64,000 nucleotides of DNA from Candidatus Adlerbacteria bacterium (GTDB taxonomy: Bacteria > Patescibacteriota > Minisyncoccia > Phycocordibacterales > SBAW01), in the NCBI GenBank assembly GCA_903851045.1, contig CAINNF010000012.1, positions 37,189 through 101,188 of the forward strand, written 5' to 3'. The notes beneath the pieces are model-generated. The model saw only the letters and a program-made list of their open reading frames with translations, was not told where the DNA came from and searched no databases. This document shows positions 56,220 to 64,000 of this stretch, piece after piece (position 1 is the stretch's first letter; the number at the start of each line of letters is the position of its first letter). The position numbers and the translations under genes were made by a program.

Positions 56220-56267
56220 GCCATAGCGAGCTTCGGCGGGCAAGCCCGCTAAGTTCGCGACGATGAG
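56220..56267 (-). promoter_or_regulatory. Conserved 48-nt element upstream of tRNA-Trp containing a GCGGGC-tt-GCCCGC hairpin (copy 1).
   Basis: Nearly identical to 59886..59934 upstream of tRNA-Pro. Confidence 0.5.
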
Positions 56268-56335
56268 TTACGTTAGAGTACCAGAGAACGGGTAGTACCT
56301 GCAATATCGCACGATTTCGATATACTAAAGGTGCT

Positions 56336-57511
56336 GTGTCGCTTCTAACCTCTACCCTCTCGATCTGTATGCATGTCTTACTTACCCTTGTCATGACGGT
56401 AGGTACATTTTGGCACACTGACAAACAACCAAACACTCTTACACCACCAAGACTTATCACTTCAACTACCACCACATCGTCGTCTGTGGTAATGCACACA
56501 ACCAGTGTGCCGTCCGTCGCCACAACAACCACAGCAAAAGCATCAGGAACATCGACAACGTATATCCCACCAAAGGCAGCTACTGTGCCTTCACACGCCA
56601 CAACCGCTCCTTTAGTAACTCAGACACCACTACCAACCAAAAAAGCTTCCTATCGCGACCCGGAGGCGGTAAACAATGAATTACGTCAAAACTTGGTCAA
56701 TATTTTATGCACCACCAAGGGTGGAGGGTATTTTCAGCCGCTGAGCGGCAGCGGAATCATAATAGGAGGTCAGGGTGTAATTCTTACGAACGCTCACGTT
56801 GCGCAATTCTTTTTGTTACGAGATTATCTTGTGACAGATAATGTCGACTGTATAGTGCGCACCGGGAGTCCTGCTACCGCGACATACCAAGCAACCTTGC
56901 TGTATCTTCCTCCTGCTTGGATTGCCGCAAATGCGAATCAGATCAAGGGCGGCGAAGCGGTAGGAAGTGGCGAGGATGACTATGCTTTTCTGCTTATTAC
57001 AGGCCGCATAGACGGGTCTACACAACCCCCAAGCTTTTCTAACCTGCTGTTCACCGCTGATACGCCAGACGTGGGTGAGCCGGTAGTACTCGACTCGTAC
57101 CCGGCACAATTTTTGGGTGGCAACGATATCCAGACGAATCTGTACGCAAGCGCATCGGTCTCGACCGTGCAAAAACTGTACACTTTTTCGAGCACAACTA
57201 AAACGGTAGATGCGGTGTCTTTAGGGAATCCGATCGTTTCGCAGTCTGGCTCTTCCGGTGGCCCCGTTGCAAGACTCACCGATGGCGCCCTATTCGGTAT
57301 CATTTCGACCGCAACCGCAGGAACGACGACCAGTAGTCGCGAACTTCGAGCCATAACACTTGCGCACATTGACCGTAGCCTTGCTGCATATGGCCAAGGA
57401 GGCCTCGTTTCTTTCCTGACAAGCGGCGACCTCGTCGAAAAGGCAAACGATTTCAATACCAACATCGCACCGAAACTCTCCAAACAACTTGAGGATGTGC
57501 TTGGAAACTAA
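56336..57511 (+). CDS. Membrane-anchored trypsin-like (S1 family) serine protease with a Thr/Ser-rich linker.
   Basis: GVILTNAHV (His), an Asp, and GSSGGPV (Ser) catalytic motifs. N-terminal TM helix. 391 aa. Confidence 0.8.
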   Translation: MSLLTSTLSICMHVLLTLVMTVGTFWHTDKQPNTLTPPRLITSTTTTSSSVVMHTTSVPSVATTTTAKASGTSTTYIPPKAATVPSHATTAPLVTQTPLPTKKASYRDPEAVNNELRQNLVNILCTTKGGGYFQPLSGSGIIIGGQGVILTNAHVAQFFLLRDYLVTDNVDCIVRTGSPATATYQATLLYLPPAWIAANANQIKGGEAVGSGEDDYAFLLITGRIDGSTQPPSFSNLLFTADTPDVGEPVVLDSYPAQFLGGNDIQTNLYASASVSTVQKLYTFSSTTKTVDAVSLGNPIVSQSGSSGGPVARLTDGALFGIISTATAGTTTSSRELRAITLAHIDRSLAAYGQGGLVSFLTSGDLVEKANDFNTNIAPKLSKQLEDVLGN

Positions 57512-58245
57512 CGAACGATACGATCTATAAAATTTGGTATCAAGGACGATGCCTCTGGGGATTGTTTTATGATTGCATCAATATCGACTCCTTCTGGCAA
57601 CAATCCTGGCGAATTAAGCAGGCGTGACTTCATGTCCTCACCCGACAATTCGGGATGAAACTGTACCGTGTAGCCCGATGTGCCGTAGCGTAACGCGCTA
57701 GCTCGGCAAATAGCGCTATTTGCGAGCAATACTGCACCATCCGGCACTCCAGACAAACTGTCTTTATGCCCATATTGACCTACAAAAGTCTCTGGCAACG
57801 AACCAAACACCGCATCCTCTACACCTGCTTGTGTCAATATGACGGGAAATGAGCCTCGCTTTGTCTGCTCTTTGTCATGCAACACGGCCGTACCCTTCAC
57901 CTCCGCGACAATCTGGTGGCCATAACACACGCCAAAAAGAGGTAGGTCTTGAGACAGCAGGTGTTCGACCAACGGCCGCACACGTTCCAGGATGATCTTA
58001 GACGTCACTCGAGCAGGATCGCTCATTTCTCGCCCCCCATCAAAGTCGAAATCCCCCGATCCGCCGAAAATAACGCCATCCACACCCTCAAGCATACGTG
58101 GGGGTTCATGCCAAGGACGATTTTCGTCAAGCGATGAGATAAAATGGACTTCTGCCTTATCGCTAATAGTTCGCTGATACTTCTCTCGTTCAGACTCAAC
58201 AACCTCAACCCGCATGCGGGATTGTATGATAAGTATTCTTTTCAT
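57508..58245 (-). CDS. Class I glutamine amidotransferase-like protein.
   Basis: GVCYGHQ nucleophile-elbow motif plus an HPE His-Glu pair. Confidence 0.75.
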   Translation of the reverse strand: MKRILIIQSRMRVEVVESEREKYQRTISDKAEVHFISSLDENRPWHEPPRMLEGVDGVIFGGSGDFDFDGGREMSDPARVTSKIILERVRPLVEHLLSQDLPLFGVCYGHQIVAEVKGTAVLHDKEQTKRGSFPVILTQAGVEDAVFGSLPETFVGQYGHKDSLSGVPDGAVLLANSAICRASALRYGTSGYTVQFHPELSGEDMKSRLLNSPGLLPEGVDIDAIIKQSPEASSLIPNFIDRIVR

Positions 58246-58394
58246 AGTATTTTTTAGTATACATAAAAATTTGTAACCCTATACAAGCAAAGAAAAAGCT
58301 TGCGCAGTCAGCTCAGGACGGTGCGCAAGCTTATGTGGAACAAGAACGTGCTCGTGTGGTCGTTGGAGCAGAGCCGAGCTTAGCCGGAAACCTC

Positions 58395-58577
58395 TCAACT
58401 TGTTCTCTTGTTTCCTTCTACTTGTGTCGTGTGTGGCAGATCACCACCGGTCTGACCTTTGGGTTGCTGATTATCCACCACAGCGACAGGAACAGGCATG
58501 GTTGACTCGCCACAAACATCCCAATCTATCGGACCTGGACGTCCAGCCAAAAAGGGCCATGGTTTACTTGGAGTCAT
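58395..58577 (-). CDS. Small hypothetical protein (60 aa).
   Basis: Strong GAGGAGG SD 7 nt before the ATG. Confidence 0.35.
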   Translation of the reverse strand: MTPSKPWPFLAGRPGPIDWDVCGESTMPVPVAVVDNQQPKGQTGGDLPHTTQVEGNKRTS

Positions 58578-58691
58578 ATGAGACCTCCTCTGTACGGTGT
58601 ACGATCCCCTCCTCCCGCTCCAACCCCTGTGGGTTGGTTCAGGTGGCGGTGTAAAAAAGAATCTTATATTCCTTACATCGACACCCGAACG

Positions 58692-58734
58692 AAAACAAAC
58701 AGAGCCCCCGTGGGAGCTCTGTTTGTTTTTTGCT
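58692..58734. terminator. Strong, probably bidirectional intrinsic terminator downstream of the MTase gene.
   Basis: AACAAACAGAGC-ccccgtgg-GAGCTCTGTTTGTTTTTTGC. Confidence 0.55.
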
Positions 58735-58894
58735 TTCCTAAGTTTATTTAGAAGACTAGCAACCTACAAAACTCCCTCTGGTAAAGGTGGTGTCAGTAAA
58801 CCAGAAGAAATATGTATTCGCTCGCAATCTCACATTCCTACAATAATCAACGCGATCTGTTCAGTCAAGCTTTCCTGTTGTGGAAAGCAGCGTC

Positions 58895-59788
58895 TCATCT
58901 CGTCCACCGTGCATAGATACCGCATGGGAGTTCCCGTTTAGTGTTCTTTTCCCGTATAGAAAGCTCACCACATTCGACGGATCCACCGAACCTCCTCTCA
59001 AATCGTTCTAGATTATAAGCGAACGCAAGTGGGGAATATCCGGCAGCATATCCGCTCATGAGGACGAATAAGGGATCGTCAGACAAAACCTCGTTACATA
59101 AAGCAATGAGAGTAAGGAGATCGTCCTCTATCTTCCACAGCTCGTCTTTCGGTCCGTGCCCAAAAGCAGGAGGGTCCATAATTATGGCATCATATTTGTT
59201 ACCCCGTTTTACTTCCCTCTTGAGGAACACGAGCACATCCTCGGTTATCCAACGAATCGGCTTATTACTGAGACCTGATAATGCAGCATTCTCTCGTGCC
59301 CAAGCGACAGCCGTCTTCGACGCATCAACATGTGTGACTTCGGCCCCCATCTGTGCAGCTGCCAAAGTTGCTCCACCCGTATAAGCAAACAGATTAAGGA
59401 CCCGTGGCGGCATCCCAAGACCCCCTACCCTATCCCTGATCCAGTCCCAATTCGAAAGCTGTTCTGGGAATAGGCCGGTGTGTTTAAAAGACGTGGCACG
59501 GATCTGGAACTTGAGTCCACCAAACTCGACTTCCCACTGTCGAGGAAAGCCCTTCTTTGTCTTCCAATCCCCTTGTCCACGAGAAACAGTACTCCCCTGC
59601 CCCTTTGACCTCACATACAAACCATCAGCACTATTCCAGTCAGTTTTTGACAAATACTTCTCCCACAGTGCTTGAGGATCTGGCCGCGCCAACACTACTG
59701 AACCATATCGCTCAAGCTTCTCCTCTTCGCCTGAGTCAAGAAGCTCATAGTGCTGTTGAGGCAGCAAAGTTAGGGTTGCTCTTTTCAT
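58895..59788 (-). CDS. Class I SAM-dependent RNA methyltransferase (RlmI/YccW-like).
   Basis: LNLFAYTGGATLAAAQMGA motif I. Start MKRATL at 59788; the ORF-track TTG start is at 59797. Confidence 0.7.
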   Translation of the reverse strand: MKRATLTLLPQQHYELLDSGEEEKLERYGSVVLARPDPQALWEKYLSKTDWNSADGLYVRSKGQGSTVSRGQGDWKTKKGFPRQWEVEFGGLKFQIRATSFKHTGLFPEQLSNWDWIRDRVGGLGMPPRVLNLFAYTGGATLAAAQMGAEVTHVDASKTAVAWARENAALSGLSNKPIRWITEDVLVFLKREVKRGNKYDAIIMDPPAFGHGPKDELWKIEDDLLTLIALCNEVLSDDPLFVLMSGYAAGYSPLAFAYNLERFERRFGGSVECGELSIREKNTKRELPCGIYARWTR

Positions 59789-59805
59789 TATTAGCAATAT
59801 ATCTG

Positions 59806-59876
59806 TCGGGCCGCCGAGAATCGAACTCGGTCAACCTGCTCCCAAAGCAGGTGTACTACCGGTATACTACGGCCCG
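59806..59876 (-). tRNA. tRNA-Pro (anticodon TGG). CCA not encoded.
   Basis: Manual cloverleaf: CGGGCCG acceptor, anticodon stem CCTGC/GCAGG with loop TTTGGGA, T-arm CCGAGTTCGATTCTCGG. Confidence 0.75.
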
Positions 59877-59885
59877 CCTTCGTCC

Positions 59886-59934
59886 GCCATAGTGGACTTC
59901 GGCGGGCAAGCCCGCGTAAGTTCGCGACGGAGGA
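59886..59934 (-). promoter_or_regulatory. Conserved element upstream of tRNA-Pro (copy 2) with the GCGGGC-aa-GCCCGC hairpin.
   Basis: GCCATAGTGGACTTCGGCGGGCAAGCCCGCGTAAGTTCGCGACGGAGGA versus copy 1 GCCATAGCGAGCTTCGGCGGGCAAGCCCGCTAAGTTCGCGACGATGAG. Confidence 0.5.
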
Positions 59935-59971
59935 TAACATCGACTACTGTATCACAGATCTCGAAATATCT

Positions 59972-60355
59972 TTACAGCACTATATTTTCTATAATCTCCA
60001 CTCGAGCCTGCCTATTAACTAGGCTTATATAAACACATGCGAGATCAATTTGCCACGGCGTCTCTTCGCTCATCCTCTTTTGTAACATGTATGTCTGAAT
60101 AGCCCGATGCAGTCGATGGAGTTTTTGGGCATGCATATTCTCCTCTGGACGATAGCCTGCTCCCCTACCTGGTTCACGTGTAACACTCTTTACTTCAACA
60201 AAATGGATCTGATTTCCTTTCTGGGCAACTATGTCCAACTCGCCCCACGGTCGTAAATAATTACGATCAATCACCTCAAACCCTTTGTTTTCAAGGTATC
60301 TACACACTATTCCTTCTCCAAGGTCACCTATTTTTCTTTTTTTAGTCGTCGCCAT
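59972..60355 (-). CDS. YraN-family (UPF0102) endonuclease-like protein.
   Basis: GE.IV..YL...GF.V..RN...P.GELDIVA pattern. 127 aa. Confidence 0.85.
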   Translation of the reverse strand: MATTKKRKIGDLGEGIVCRYLENKGFEVIDRNYLRPWGELDIVAQKGNQIHFVEVKSVTREPGRGAGYRPEENMHAQKLHRLHRAIQTYMLQKRMSEETPWQIDLACVYISLVNRQARVEIIENIVL

Positions 60356-60420
60356 ACTTGAGTGTTACACAAGAAACGATTTGCATATTCTGGAATTGAA
60401 TTTGACTGTCTTTAATACAC

Positions 60421-60518
60421 ATGTCCCCAACGTTATCCACAGGTATTCCGAAAAAACCTTTATTTTACAACAACATGACCTTTAACCCTGTCCCTGACTT
60501 TGTGGATAGGGGACACAA
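60421..60518. promoter_or_regulatory. Inverted repeat GTCCCC..TTATCCACA / TGTGGATAGGGGAC containing a perfect DnaA-box 9-mer (60433-60441) and a reverse box with one mismatch (60501-60509).
   Basis: Read directly. Located upstream of yraN and downstream of tRNA-Gly. Confidence 0.4.
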
Positions 60519-60553
60519 CTTATCAAACTGCAAACAATGAACTTGTTTGAATG

Positions 60554-60624
60554 TGCGGCCAGGGAGAATCGAACTCCCGTCTACTCCTTGGCAAGGAGTC
60601 GTCATACCACTAAACTACGGCCGC
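60554..60624 (-). tRNA. tRNA-Gly (anticodon GCC). CCA not encoded.
   Basis: Manual cloverleaf: GCGGCCG acceptor, anticodon stem ACTCC/GGAGT with loop TTGCCAA, T-arm GGGAGTTCGATTCTCCC. Confidence 0.75.
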
Positions 60625-60656
60625 ATTTTGAACTATCTGAATATATCACATTTTTG

Positions 60657-60729
60657 TGCGCCCGGCAGGACTCGAACCCACAACCCCTTGGTTCGAAGCC
60701 AAGTGCTCTATCCATTGAGCTACGGGCGC
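60657..60729 (-). tRNA. tRNA-Arg (anticodon TCG). CCA not encoded.
   Basis: GCGCCCGTAGCTCAATGGATAGAGC 5' half; anticodon stem CTTGG/CCAAG with loop CTTCGAA; T-arm GTGGGTTCGAGTCC. Confidence 0.75.
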
Positions 60730-60769
60730 ATATGCACCAATATTTGCTGCCTAATGGTAGAATTGCCCT

Positions 60770-62245
60770 ATGCAAATCTCACGCAGCCAAATACCTAGGG
60801 AGATAATACAGGTAACTGACACACTTGAAAAGGCCGGGTTCGAAGCCTGGATAGTCGGAGGCTGTGTGCGCGACCTATTCATCGGTCGAAAACCGAAAGA
60901 CTGGGATATTACCACCAATGCCAAGCCCGAGGATATACAAGCATTATTCGAAAACACTTTCTATACCAACGAATTTGGGACCGTCGGCATAGTCAACGAG
61001 GGCGTAGCGGACGAATCGCTTAAAATCGTTGAGGCAACACCGTATCGCACTGAAGGGGAGTACTCGGACGCACGCCGTCCGAGTAGTGTCGTGTTTAGTC
61101 CTCATGTTGAGGATGATCTTAAACGTCGAGATTTCACGATTAACGCACTCGCCTTTAACCCATCCAAGGGCACCTTGCTCGATCTGTACGACGGGACAGG
61201 GGATATGTCAAAGGGTGTTCTCAAGGCTGTAGGTGAGCCCCAGGAGCGTTTTATGGAGGACGCACTACGAATATTACGGGCAGTGCGCATAGCTGCCGAA
61301 CTCGACTTCGCTATAGATCCAAAGACCGAATCGGCAATGGAACAGTGCGCCAAACAACTTGGGAAGATCTCTCAGGAGCGTATTCGGGACGAGTTTGTTC
61401 GTATTATAAACTCACCACAACCAAAGAAGGCGCTCGAACTCGCTCAAAAGCTAGGAATTTTGTCCTTTATTGTCCCTGAGCTCGAGCAGGGGAGGGGGGT
61501 AGACCAAAACCAAGCTCACAGCTTCGATGTCCTTGAGCACAATTTACGTGCCCTACAGCATGCCGCAGACAAAAACTGGAGCTTTATTGTCAGAATATCG
61601 GCTCTACTGCACGATATAGGAAAGCCAGCTTCAAGACGGTGGTCCAACGAGAAACATGACTGGACCTTCCACGGACATGAAGTAGTAGGTGCCAGAATGA
61701 CTAAGGTAATACTCCAAAGGTTGAAGTTTCCACGTGAAACAATAGAGACCGTGCAAAATCTAGTCCGTTGGCACATGTTCTTTTCTGACCCCGACAAGGT
61801 TACCTTGTCGGCCGTTCGACGCATTATACGAAACGTTGGACGTGAAAACATTGAATATCTTGTAAACCTTCGTGTTTGTGATCGTATTGGCACAGGTAGG
61901 CCAAAAGAACAGCCATTTAGGCTCCGAAAGTACCAGGCAATGATAGAACAGGCGTTACACGACCCAATATCTGTCACAATGCTTGAAATCAATGGTAAGC
62001 AGCTTATGGACGTTACACGTGAAAGTCCCGGACCACGTCTTGGATGGATGTTACATGCTCTGCTTGAAGAGGTTATTGATGATCCATCAAGAAACACTTT
62101 AGAATACTTGGGGAATCGAGCAAAAGAACTTTCAAGACTCGATGATAGGGAGCTGCTCGCACTCGGGAAAGAGGGGAAGGAGCGGAAAGAAGAAGCTGAA
62201 CAAGAAAACACTAAAGAAATTCAGAAGAAATACTTTGTAAACTAA
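60770..62245 (+). CDS. cca: CCA-adding tRNA nucleotidyltransferase with an HD domain.
   Basis: GGCVRD...DWD pol-beta head, HD domain (LLHDIGK), 491 aa. TGgTAGAAT extended -10 sits 7 nt before the ATG (leaderless-like), only 40 bp from the tRNA-Arg 5' end. Confidence 0.85.
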   Translation: MQISRSQIPREIIQVTDTLEKAGFEAWIVGGCVRDLFIGRKPKDWDITTNAKPEDIQALFENTFYTNEFGTVGIVNEGVADESLKIVEATPYRTEGEYSDARRPSSVVFSPHVEDDLKRRDFTINALAFNPSKGTLLDLYDGTGDMSKGVLKAVGEPQERFMEDALRILRAVRIAAELDFAIDPKTESAMEQCAKQLGKISQERIRDEFVRIINSPQPKKALELAQKLGILSFIVPELEQGRGVDQNQAHSFDVLEHNLRALQHAADKNWSFIVRISALLHDIGKPASRRWSNEKHDWTFHGHEVVGARMTKVILQRLKFPRETIETVQNLVRWHMFFSDPDKVTLSAVRRIIRNVGRENIEYLVNLRVCDRIGTGRPKEQPFRLRKYQAMIEQALHDPISVTMLEINGKQLMDVTRESPGPRLGWMLHALLEEVIDDPSRNTLEYLGNRAKELSRLDDRELLALGKEGKERKEEAEQENTKEIQKKYFVN

Positions 62246-62251
62246 GACGTT

Positions 62252-62290
62252 GTCCTTTATAAAGGACGTTATCCACAGATTGTCCTTTAC
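62252..62290. promoter_or_regulatory. Perfect 16-bp palindrome GTCCTTTATAAAGGAC, then a DnaA-box 9-mer TTATCCACA, then a TTGTCCTTTA direct repeat, in an AT-rich 410-bp intergenic region.
   Basis: Read directly. Lies between the convergent cca and xth genes. Confidence 0.45.
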
Positions 62291-62655
62291 AATGTCTTTT
62301 ATAAGAATATAGTTATATCAGAGCTAGCGAGACAAAAGTAGAAAAAGTTGCATCTGCCCTGTTGCAACCAGAGTCTGCACTCACTAGCAAAAGTTCGATT
62401 AAGTTCTTTTGAGAACACACCGGTGGTGTGCAATCTTCCAAGTCAATTTCAGGAACAGTACGAGTCCTCCTCAAACAAAAATAAAAATAAAAAGAGGTAC
62501 TCTGATGAATTTCTAAATTCATTTAGAAGATACATGCACACAAAAATAGAAGCCTTCGCCTAAAATTTGAGGATAAATATATCTCCAACCCTCACCTATT
62601 GAAGCGAAGGCTTTATCGTACCCAAAATTTATAAAACACATGAATCAAGGAGAGG

Positions 62656-63468
62656 CTATTCTTTTGAATATTCGAGTTCTAGGGTAACAGGGCAATGGTC
62701 GGAACCTGTGACGTTAGATAGGATCTGAGCCTTGACCACCTTTTCTCTTAGTGCCCGGGAGATGAAGAAGTAATCTATGCGCCAGCCAACGTTTCGCTCT
62801 CTAGCGTTCGCCCAATGCGACCACCAAGAATAGTGACCATTACCATTGGTGAATAGGCGAAAAGTGTCCACAAACCCTACTTTGATCATCGCGTTGATGC
62901 CTTCGCGCTCCTCCATAGTGAAGCCGTGCTCGCCCTCGTTATCTTTCGGGTTTGCGAGATCGTCGGGAGTATGGGCAACATTAAGATCGCCACAGAAAAT
63001 CACTGGCTTATCCTCCTCAAGCTGCTTCATGTAGGCCAAGAATGCTGGGTCCCACTGCTCGTGTCGCAGCTTTAGGCGACTAAGGTCGGGCTTGGCATTA
63101 GGTGTATAAGAAGTAACGACGTAGAAATCATCGAGTTCGACCGCAATAATGCGTCCTTCCTCGTTCGGGTCACCGTAGCCATCATTTTCGAATCCAAAAT
63201 CCTTATATATTTCATCAGGAAAGCCGAACATGACCCAGTGTACCGGAATGTCTTTTTTCACAAAGATAGCGGTGCCGCTGTAGCCCTTCTTCTTGGCGGA
63301 GTTCCAGTACTCCTCGTACTCGGGCAAATCGATAGCCGCTTGCCCACGCTCAGCCTTGGTCTCCTGCAAACAAAGCACATCCGGTTTGTACTTCTCAATA
63401 AAAGGCAAAAAAAGCCCCTTTTTATGCACCGCGCGTATGCCGTTCACGTTCCATGAGATGAGTTTCAT
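62656..63468 (-). CDS. xth: Exodeoxyribonuclease III (AP endonuclease, EEP family).
   Basis: MKLISWNVNG N-terminus, LCLQETK, NVAHT and SDHCPV motifs. Start taken at 63468; the ORF track extends to 63579. Confidence 0.9.
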   Translation of the reverse strand: MKLISWNVNGIRAVHKKGLFLPFIEKYKPDVLCLQETKAERGQAAIDLPEYEEYWNSAKKKGYSGTAIFVKKDIPVHWVMFGFPDEIYKDFGFENDGYGDPNEEGRIIAVELDDFYVVTSYTPNAKPDLSRLKLRHEQWDPAFLAYMKQLEEDKPVIFCGDLNVAHTPDDLANPKDNEGEHGFTMEEREGINAMIKVGFVDTFRLFTNGNGHYSWWSHWANARERNVGWRIDYFFISRALREKVVKAQILSNVTGSDHCPVTLELEYSKE

Positions 63469-63527
63469 TTCCACATCATACCAAAAGAAAAGGCGGCCAT
63501 TACTGACCGCCCAGGCTATGATATTGC

Positions 63528-64000
63528 TTATGTCGCTACGATGAGCAGAAACGGGGGACACATCCGCTCCATTGCCCACTCGTTACCCCAGTCATCGCCC
63601 GGCACTGGTTCTTCCATGGCCTCGACGGAGAACCCTGCTTCCTCGAGCAACTGGCGATAGTCGACGTGGCGGCGGTACACATCGTTCGTAATAAGAATGG
63701 CGTTTTCGCCGGACCCGAGCATCACGCTGACGTAATCCCCGGCCTGTACATCCTCCTTGGAGAGGTAGTGAAGCTCGCGGTATTTAACGCCATGCGCCTT
63801 CTCTTGGTTCGGGTCAGCTATGACCAGCCTCCCGCCTTTCGAGAGAATACTTCGCATATCTCGCAGGATATACCTGATTTCTCTATCGGGGATAGTACAA
63901 AATGAGAAGCTCATCAAAATAAGGTCGACGTGCTCACTTCGCAACGCTTCAGCGAGCAAACCGTTATAAACACGGTAATCGCTGTACGGATCATGTCGGC
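63528..64000 (-). CDS. Class I SAM-dependent methyltransferase, 5'-truncated (N-terminus beyond the window end).
   Basis: The frame stays open to 64000. C-terminal MTase fold motifs (GGRLVIADP). Confidence 0.55.
   Translation of the reverse strand, partial: RHDPYSDYRVYNGLLAEALRSEHVDLILMSFSFCTIPDREIRYILRDMRSILSKGGRLVIADPNQEKAHGVKYRELHYLSKEDVQAGDYVSVMLGSGENAILITNDVYRRHVDYRQLLEEAGFSVEAMEEPVPGDDWGNEWAMERMCPPFLLIVAT

Noticed and set aside
60537-60806. Two 80-90-aa plus-strand ORFs.
   Set aside because: They overlap the tRNA-Gly and tRNA-Arg genes and the cca start; spurious.
1-64000. CRISPR arrays.
   Set aside because: No regularly spaced direct repeats of 25-40 nt were found. The repeats present are single inverted repeats or two-copy elements.

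Overview
This 64-kb bacterial window is about 55-60% GC by eye and mostly carries compact housekeeping genes: fusA, rpsL-rpsG, pyrD, rpmB, rnhA, recJ, pgk-tpiA, nusA-ppa-tig, clpP-rny-hup, cca, xth and four tRNAs. Three accessory blocks interrupt it. (1) About 6 kb between rpsG and fusA encodes an exopolysaccharide-like cassette: a processive GT2 synthase, a CE4 deacetylase, a GH26-like hydrolase and a YvcK-family protein. (2) A visibly more GC-rich island at about 33.98-43.13 kb has no mobility genes. It is built around a MoxR AAA+ ATPase and a vWA protein that are translationally coupled. Its other genes are a Rel/SpoT-type HD hydrolase (small-alarmone-hydrolase-like), a 577-aa P-loop NTPase with an unknown C-terminal domain, two paralogous proteins with a TRAM-like N-terminal domain, and two small hypotheticals. 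Two genes in it sit behind duplicated ~90-nt palindrome-containing leaders. This is the best candidate for an undescribed multi-gene, NTP-dependent conflict or defence-type system. (3) A lower-GC block at about 45.8-51.9 kb has three TrmB-family regulators within 10 kb, each driven by a TTGAC(A/T)-16-TATACT near-leaderless promoter with a TGTCA/TGACA palindrome. It also holds large hypothetical proteins and a stand-alone RNA polymerase alpha-CTD-like 75-aa protein. The noncoding 43.1-45.0 kb flank of the GC-rich island carries nested hairpins, repeated GCGACCCCTC motifs and a plus-strand terminator, so it may encode a structured ncRNA. Other points: a hicB-hicA pair, a SET-domain protein next to HIT and SAM-MTase genes, a split ComEC, a conserved hairpin element upstream of two tRNAs, DnaA-box motifs, and a diverged pyrD 3' remnant. 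The gene content fits a reduced-genome bacterium, possibly of Patescibacteria/CPR type, but this is tentative. All coordinates come from reading the sequence by hand and can be off by 1-3 nt; I found a local 1-nt inconsistency near 48.3 kb between my reading and the ORF track.
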